DNA of 64,000 bases from Nemertoderma westbladi. Its lineage: Eukaryota; Animalia; Xenacoelomorpha. The notes beneath the pieces were generated by a model that had not been told where the DNA came from, did not search any database, and saw only the letters and a list, made by a program, of their open reading frames with translations. The translations under genes were made by a program, and so were the position numbers. Where the stretch lies: contig JAUCBJ010007402.1 of NCBI GenBank assembly GCA_032718475.1, positions 1-64,000 on the forward strand. The letters run 5' to 3'. Shown here one piece after another: positions 56,101 to 64,000 of the stretch (the first letter of the stretch is position 1; each line of letters begins with the position of its first letter).

Positions 56101-57822
56101 CATGTGATGCATCTCGACGAAATGGTTTGGGATTTGCACTATTGCAGTTAGACAAGGAAAATAACTGGCGATTAGTGGAATGTGGATCCCGATATTTACA
56201 GGACGCTGAATCACGTTATGCAGTTTGTGAGATGGAAGCACTAGCAATATATTGGGCAATAACGAAATGCCGAATATATCTCGCCGGTTTACCCTACTTC
56301 AAAGTCATTACAGACCACAAACCTCTAGTTCAAATATTTAATGAAAAAAGATTAGATGAAATTGAAAATCCAAGACTACAGCGTTACTGTTCTAAATTAA
56401 ATGGTTATTCGTTTGACGTAGAATGGAAAAAAGGGAAAGACAATATCATAGCAGATGCACTATCTCGTTCACCTGTTGACGAACCAACCCAAGAAGACTT
56501 CGGAGAGATGAAAGACAGCACGAAAATGGCAGCTGCAATGTTGACTGCATTGAATGTCACTGCTGAACCATCTGACCTTATCCTGGATGATTTAAGACAT
56601 GCGGCTAAAGAAGATGATGATTATTTATCATTAATAAATATGATTGAATTTGGTTTTGAAAACAGTAACAGTAATAGAAACAATTATGTTTTATTATCAT
56701 TTTAAATCAATGGCGAATGATCTATCAGTGGATTGTGGATTAGTGATATTTGGCAGGCGTATTGTAATACCAAAATCCAAGATTAAAACTATTTTGAATA
56801 AACTCCATTCGTCACATCAAGGAATTGAACGTACTCGACAACGAGCCAGAGATAATGTTTACTGGCCAGGATTTAATAATGACATTAAAATGAAGATTGA
56901 ATCGTGCCAAAGATGTCAGGAAAGTAGACCATCGAATAGGAAAGAACCAGAAATTCAAGATTTTATTCCATCTAGACCATATCAATCAGTATCAGCCGAT
57001 TTATTCCACTCCAATGGAAAGTCGTACCTAGTTTATTCTGACAGATACAGCGGATTTCCATTAATAGATGATTGGAACAGATTACCATCCTCTGCCCAAG
57101 TGATTAAATCTTTGAGGTCGTTTTTTGCTTTAATGGGAGCCCCCATTCACATACGCACTGATGGTGCAGGTCAATTTGATAGTGAAGAAATGCGCCAATT
57201 CTTTGACCTTTGGGGGGTAGTATGGCAACCATCTACACCTACCTATGCCCAAAGCAATGGACATGCCGAGTCCTCAGTTAAAACAATCAAGAGCCTCGTT
57301 TCAAAATGCCCAAATGGGGATATCCAGAGCCAGGAGTTTCTCGCAGGATTATTAGAACTTTGAAATACCCCACGAACCGATTCTATGTCCCCAGCCGAAC
57401 GAGTTTTTGGATATCCAACCAGATCATTAATTCCTGCTCACCATTCGACATTTAGCAAACAATGGCAAAAGGAAGTTGACATTGCAGATAGTAATCGATG
57501 CCTGATTAAATGTAAAGAGAGATTATATTATGACCATGGGGCGCAAACTTTGCCAAGGCTAAATGTGAATGACCAGGTGTATATACAAAATGAACGTAGT
57601 AAACGGTGGAACCGTTCCGGAACAATAATCGAAATATCTCCCTTTCGGGGATATCGTGTTCGACTACGATCTGGTTTTGTGATGTGGAGAAACCGTCGAT
57701 TCCTTCGACTACGTAAAGAACACACAAGTACACATGAAATAACTGAAACTCCCATCAGCAACAACCATACAGTTCATGAACCACAAGGTGAGAAACGAAC
57801 AAGCGATCGAGTAAGAAATTAA
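53116..57822 (+). pseudogene. Gypsy gag-pol broken into four ORFs (frameshifts ~55300 and ~56690, stop 57361)
   Basis: CFRCGFTGHFQALC knuckle, degenerate protease PETGS, RT LDARKGYWQ / IVDD, RNase H CDAS / TDHKPL / ADALSR, integrase H-H-CxxC, ADLF, TDGA, SNGHAES. Confidence 0.93.
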
Positions 57823-60800
57823 ATCAAACGCTACCCAGAAACATTTTAGTCATATGCAATTAACCTTGATATGACTCGTAGGAGGAGAGTTGTAGACTCA
57901 AGGTGAGGGGTTTGGTTATACTTGTTATTATAAGGTGGTGGTTAACACAGGATCCAAGTCCGACTCATTAGACTGGCATGACTTTAACCTAGCTATTAAG
58001 AGAGTACTGCTGATATGCTTACCGGTACCTTTGACTGCAATACGGTACAGCCATATATATTTATATATCATTCAGTATTTAGTCATGCAATTAATTACAC
58101 TGAATTAGCATTCATCTGTCTGTTATTCGTTTATCTCATTATTGCGGTATCGCATTTCGAGTAACTTAACACAGAGAGGCATAGTTTATGCCTCAGTGAG
58201 GCATAGTCTATGCCTCAGTGCCTCAGTGAGGCATAGTCTATGCCTCAGTGCCTCAGTGAGGCATAGTCTATTCCTCAGTGCCTCAGTGAGGCATAGTCTA
58301 TGCCTCAGTGCCTCAGTGAGGCATAGTCTATGCCTCAGTGCCTCAGTTAGTTTCACTAAAACGGATTAATTTTTATAAATTATATTATATTATATGTTAC
58401 TTGTTAAATGTTTTATGTTAATTATTGAGTGTGTTATATATCATAAATGTTATAATGTATTATCGTAGAGAAAAAATGAAAAATAACCGGTAAAACATCT
58501 TATATTTTTTAAACATAAAGGAGGAAACAAGAATAAATAATTTACTAGGTTAGAGAAGATGTTAATGTTCAGATAATACGCCCTCTAGTGGCAGACTATG
58601 GAATGGCTGGCGGCTGGATATAGGTAAGAGTAATTAGTAATCGGAGGTGTCACGAGAGGGGGGCGCGGGGCGCTTGGATACAACTATTATTAATGAGCTG
58701 TTGCTTGGTTAAAGCAAATTCAGGGTCAAAGGTCAACGATAAAGCTGTCTGGATATAGATAAGAGTAATTAGTTACCAGTAAGGGAGCTGTATACCCTAT
58801 GGCTAAGTATGACAACGTCTGTAAGGGTCCAGTAGTATACCGCTTACCAGATCCTAGTAACGATGTATCTTACTATGAGACTCTAGTAATGTATACGGGC
58901 TTGTACAGTATCTGACAACAAATCCCAGTCCAGGATATCTAAACAAACAGATATAGTACACAAACGACTACTGGCGAGGAACAGAGCCTTGTATCTATTC
59001 TATGTACGTGAGCGGGTCGAATGCCTACGTACTAGACAGAAGGATACCTGTCCTCTAACCGGTGAGGCAGATGTACAGTTACAGTAACAGACCAAACTCA
59101 CGGGAAAACAATCCCCGCGCAGCGAATCCTAACTATCACTGACAGTCCTAAATACAGTAACTTGCCGCGGTGTGATTTATATGGGTTTATATACGAGCTA
59201 GTGGGTTAACAGACCTAGCGTAACAACACTGACAGTCCTAAATCAGTCGAAAAGGGGTCGTACCTAAATGTAACAATAACTGATCCCCCTGTACGAAATC
59301 AGTCTAAAGGGTCAGGCCTAAATGTAACAATACCGTTGTCCAGACAAACAACAGTTTAATAACGAAAATGAAATACTCCTTATCTTGCCGCAACTAAATC
59401 AGATCCTAATTTTACAAATACAGATAATTTCCACCTAACGTAATGTATAGTACGCTATAGCTAGTAGAACTTTAAGGGCAATATGTTTTAGGGCGTGTGT
59501 GTGTGGGTGTGTTACAAATAAAACAATTTCGTGTAATTCCTTTTTACTAGGTTTTAGTGATTTTCTGACTAAATGATACCGTGCGCTAGCTACTAAAATA
59601 AACTAGTCGCGTTTGTAGAACTTTATACTCACGAATGACGTCAAAGCTCTCTCCTTCCTATCCACAACCCAATGGGCAACCACAGTGTTAGTAACTACAC
59701 CCGTGATCGGCACTAATACCAGATTCTGGTTGTAAGATAAGAATAGGGGTTAATCGCTACCGTACGTTAGCTGATCTGGTATACTAATTTAATTCTAGAA
59801 CTTTGTTGCTGCGGTAGTTAGCAGCAATACCTATCAGTACGTGGCAAGGCGCGGTAGGATATTAATAAACCTCCCTAGGCCAAGCAGTGTGCCGGTAGCA
59901 GAAATACTCCTTGCCTGATCAAATAGCTAACTCCAGACAGGGAGGGGGGGGGGGGGGTACTAATGTACGTTCTACAAAGCGAACCGGTACCAAACAGTCA
60001 GTGCTACGAATCACTAAATTATGGAACGTATGCTGTCCGTACCTAATGTGTACTCGCGTACTGACGAATGGCAATAGTTCGCACCTGTAGGAAGTACAGG
60101 TTAACCCAGGGATTCGTAGGACTGACAAAGGGGGGGTGTCTGGATATAATTATTTGATCCTAAATTTGCGGCGTCCAGTGCGGTGTCACGCTTACCCTGA
60201 TCTATAGGTCTTACGGCGGGCAAGGGCGTCGAACAAAGTCTTACCTTTCTCACAAAGCGGGCGCTGCATAGCAAGTCGAGCATTTCGAAGGGGCAAAGGG
60301 GGTGCGCGGTCAATCCAATGTGGGCGCTAGCGTGTTGTGGACATCCCTTCCCTGCGTTGCTTACGGCCTAACGATCTAGGCTGCCATCTCCCTGGTGTTC
60401 GGCTGTCCCGAAGTCGGACCAAAAGAAAACATGTCAGGAAATTGCAGTATATTTACAGTTTTACAAAAGGATTTATCAAATAAAGTTTCAACAAGAAACC
60501 GAAATAAAATCAACAATTCTAAGAAGTAGATAATGACATAAGAGTGTGTGATAACCGAAGGCAAACCGGCCTTTTATACTAGAAATTGCACATGGAAACT
60601 AAACAGAATTTTCCACAGCTTCACATTTGAGCATTAAAGTGCTTCGTGCCCTATGATTGGCCCAGCTCATCGTTCAACGCAGTCCGGCCCTTACACTAAT
60701 CTGGGACATGGAATCCTAACAGAATTTTCCACTGCCTCACATTTGAGCAATAAGATAATTTATGCCCTATGATTGGCCTGGCTCATCATTCACTACGCTG

Positions 60801-60860
60801 TACGCTTCTCATTGGCCTACCAATTAGCACCACACGAAAATAAATGGCCCCAAAATACAA

Positions 60861-60938
60861 ATTTCCCGACTGGGATTCGAACTCGTAACCTACGTAATGT
60901 AACCAACGCCTTAACCATCTGACCACTACGCCACGAGA
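60861..60938 (-). other. tRNA-like sequence in the 3' region of BEL/Pao #4
   Basis: A-box-like TGGCGTAGTGG / TGGTCAGATGG and B box GAGTTCGAATCC on the minus strand; stems degenerate. Confidence 0.55.
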
Positions 60939-61533
60939 GTACCTAAAGGTTTTATGTGTACAAATATGAATAGGCATATTACATTACTGTAACTTAATCA
61001 AAATACGTCGGATTTTCAAAAGTTTTTACGTTAAAGTTAAACTACAAATGCTACCTTATAGTGAAATAATTCATCACCGCTCCATGAAAACAGTAAGTAA
61101 GACTGTTTTCACCAATCGAAATATAAAATATTTACAAACTATTTCTAAATTTACTGGTAGGGCCTAAAATATAAAATATAATCACTATCTAATTATTGCA
61201 TACTTAATATTGCAGATACGGCGTAAATACAATCGATCGTACATACAAATACAAATTTACGAATTAACTTTAGTGCCTAAAATACAAAAAAAAGGCTTTC
61301 GGTTATCAAGATAAACAAATTAAACAAATCAGAACAAATAAATCAAAACAAATCGAACAAATAAATCAAACTCTTTCGATAAATCTTTATATATTGTAAA
61401 TATACATAATAAACCTTCACCAAATTAAATCTGTCCAAATATAATATAAACATAATGCGCTAATAACTTCCAATAGTGTCCTCCTGACGATCTAATAGTT
61501 CGTCCTGCTGGTCTGGATATCTTCTCCTGAGCA

Positions 61534-62177
61534 CTAATTGCTAACGGTAGGCTCGCAAGCCTTCCTTTCCATATCTCGTTCTTCCAAACCCAACGTCCGA
61601 TATAAATACCCAAATATAATATCCAAATATAAAATATTCAATATAAATATCCAATATAACATCCAAATATAATATCTGAATATAATATCCTTTCTTCTCG
61701 CTTTCCTATTCCTTGGCCGACCGGGCTCGTCCACGTCCTCTATTGCGATTGGGTGGTGGTCGAGGTCGAACTGGGCTCGGACTTCGGCGTCGAGTTGTCG
61801 GTGGTTCCAAAACGCTAGGAAAGGGGACGACGGGAGATGAAACGACCGCCTTCTTGGTAACGCAGACTTTGGTGGTTTGGGCAACGCGCTAATATCAGCT
61901 CGGGGTTCTCGCAAACGTCGCTGGCGTCGCATAACGCATCGTAGGGGTACAACGCTTTGAACTCCGCGCGTAACTCCTCCGCTGTTTTGTTATAAGCGTC
62001 CAATCGCTGTCGCGTGACGTTTGGATCCGCCTTGGATTTAGCGAGCTTGGCTGTACTCCTAGCCATACTCTCCACTCCAAACAGGTTAAAGTTTTGGCCC
62101 CATATCGGTTGAACGGCGCCTGGTGCTCCTATTCCTGCGTGGATCTTTGATAATAGTGTTTCTACTAGAGGAAGCAC
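61534..62177 (-). pseudogene. Putative accessory ORF downstream of pol in BEL/Pao #4 (frameshifted)
   Basis: GC-richer island; ORFs 61815-62177 and 61534-61932 join by one frameshift; preceded by CTAAC + pyrimidine tract + TAG. Confidence 0.5.
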
Positions 62178-62856
62178 AAACAGAGGTTAGATGTGAGGTG
62201 ACTTAGAGTTTGTCGGCTTTTGGCTCAACTCTGCTCTAAACCCCAACCCATTTGCCTAATGACTTCGGGTTCGCGTGATTTCGCACTGGCTCCTAATCCA
62301 AAAAATTGTGCCGATAAAAAACGAATTCCGGGTAAACTAGCCGCGAGTCTAAAATACTCACCTTTTAATTTCCCAAACTACGTTTCCCAAGAAAAATAGT
62401 GCAGTCGAGAATTAATTGGTCTAAATAATAGTAGACACGACTACGTAGAACAAGGCCGATTTTCTTTTCCAAAAAAAATTTATCGGTAGGCTCGCAAGCC
62501 TTCCATCCGCTCTTGTCCTCCCCAATTTTAATTTTATCTAGCTGTATTCTAGAATTTGCTTTCACTGGAGAATCGTTTTTCTTAAATTTAAATCCAAACA
62601 AATGGATTTGTCTAATAATTTTTGAAAAATTGTCTCACTTGTGGGTTCCAAGTGGAATTCCATTCCTACTGTACACACAATCCCGCTCCTATGTGATACA
62701 TAAGGGTACTACCCTCCATGTTCACGTATAAAGACAATGGAATTCCACCGCTGTCTCTATCTACAGTGAAGAGGATTACAAATGCACGTACAGTAATACA
62801 AATACAAATAACTAAAATACAGTAGGTCTATGTGGCGGCCAACAAAGGTCCCACAT

Positions 62857-64000
62857 CTATTTACTAATATTGGGTGGAGATTTGTAGTCTCCCGTCTCGT
62901 TTCTAGTCTCCTCAAGGAGTACGAGACGTTGTACAGGCCTATCTACGGTACGACCGTCGATAGTCCTTACAGTAACTGTCCTCACTACACCAGATGTAGG
63001 GTGCGTGGTCAAAATGACTCCAGTCAGCCAAAACCGTCTTTTCAGATTGGCTTCAGCCAATAAAACATGGTCACCACGTCTTAAACATCGGGTATTTAGA
63101 TACCAAGAGGTTCTGGTCGAAATAGAGGGCAAATAATATTTCTGCCATATTTCCCAGAATTTATTTGCAAGCAATTGAGTGATTTTCCAAGCCTTGTTGC
63201 CGTATCCGTCACTATCAACGGGTACCGAAATGGGCAACAATGTCGTCGGCGCCTGCATAAGCAGGTGCGCTGGTGTCAAGGCAAACTGTACGTCGTTATT
63301 GTCTGGGATCAAAGCGATCGGTCTGGTATTTAAGATTGCTTCGATTTCTATTAGTAACGTCGTCAGTTGGTCGTCTGTCAAGATGTGTTGCGTCGGTACG
63401 ACTTTAGCCATAGCTGTCTTTATTGAGCCAATCAGCCTTTCCCAAACGCCGCCTCTCCACGGACTGTCTGGAGTATTGAAAAACCAAACAATACGGTGAG
63501 GACGTAGTTCCTCGGAAATCTGGTTTTGGTCCAATTTTCTCAAAGCTCTGGTTATCTCGTTCCGTGCACCCACAAAGTTTGTCCCTTGGTCGCAGTATAT
63601 GGATTTGACCAATCCACGTCTAGCGATAAATCGCCGTAAGGCTAGGATAAAGGCATTGGTGGACAAGTCTGTCACTCGCTCTATATGGACAGCTCTGCTG
63701 GCCATGCAAGTGAAGATCAATCCCCAACGTTTTACCTGTACCCTTCCGCGTTTCGCGATTATGGGTCCAAAACAGTCTATCCCTGTCTCAGTGAAAGTCT
63801 AGAGTGACAGTCTAAATGCCTGTAATCTAGCTAATGGTAGTTCACTCATTTCTTGGTGTCCTATCCTCGCGTGCACCTTCTTACAAATAATACAGTTCCG
63901 TGTTACCGAACTCAGTGCCTTACTAGGTCTAATCAGTACAAACCTCGAGCGTAAGTGTGATAGACAGTGGTGTCTACCTACGTGTTTGAGTTGTACATGT
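62857..64000 (-). pseudogene. BEL/Pao #4 integrase with a premature TAG at ~63800
   Basis: GIDCFGP (upstream of listed ORF), IFTCMASRAVHIE, CDQGTNF, GGVWERLI, LNTRP, LTPAHLL. Confidence 0.93.

Larger units (their letters stand above)
52574..58171 (+). mobile_element. Ty3/Gypsy LTR retrotransposon (Mag-like), decayed
   Basis: LTRs 52574-52860 and ~57891-58171, TSD CAGAG (52569-52573, 58172-58176), PBS 52861, PPT AGGAGGAGAG 57880-57889, domain order gag-PR-RT-RH-IN. Confidence 0.95.
49275..58809. mobile_element. Foldback-like element with long modular inverted arms (outer ends not resolved)
   Basis: Inverted pairs: 49275-49531 / 58549-58809; 22-bp minisatellite 50002-50303 / 52479-52570 + 58172-58347; 50430-50560 / 52344-52476. 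Confidence 0.7.
58810..64000 (-). mobile_element. BEL/Pao LTR retrotransposon #4 (3' portion; continues off the right edge)
   Basis: Integrase at the right edge; interrupts the Foldback arm exactly at 58809/58810 with TG; PPT AGGGAAGGGA (60344-60353) precedes TGT at 60343, giving a probable ~1.5-kb 3' LTR 58810-60343. Confidence 0.85.

Overview
Eukaryotic (probably bilaterian invertebrate) repeat-dense DNA with no recognisable host gene; almost every base belongs to nested transposable elements. From left to right: (1) 5' part of a BEL/Pao LTR retrotransposon (minus, 1-~6.8 kb); (2) two head-to-tail non-autonomous Helitrons (6.86-11.0 kb), one holding a LINE 3' fragment; (3) a DINE-1/Helentron-like non-autonomous scaffold (~11.06-49.15 kb) into which are inserted a near full-length CR1-group LINE, an intact THAP/P-superfamily (Galileo-like) DNA transposon with 71-bp TIRs and a 7-bp TSD, and a plus-strand BEL/Pao element that is itself split by a young 14.5-kb minus-strand BEL/Pao element (TSD CACTT); (4) a Foldback-like element with modular inverted arms around a zinc-finger/acidic pseudogene, split by a decayed Ty3/Gypsy element; (5) the 3' end of a fourth BEL/Pao element. 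The strongest candidate for an undescribed system is the 14.5-kb BEL/Pao element (29387-43841). After pol it carries extra ORFs for a WRN/Mut-7/Egalitarian-type DEDDy 3'-5' exonuclease-fold protein and a Cys/His zinc-knuckle protein. Its LTRs contain an array of kink-turn/UUCG hairpin repeats whose spacers share 24-27 nt exact matches with the element's own coding regions (a GNRA hairpin with a bulged A). It also has covarying hairpins upstream of the extra ORF, and a possible self-priming site instead of a tRNA PBS. All family and domain calls are from motif recognition by eye, not database searches.
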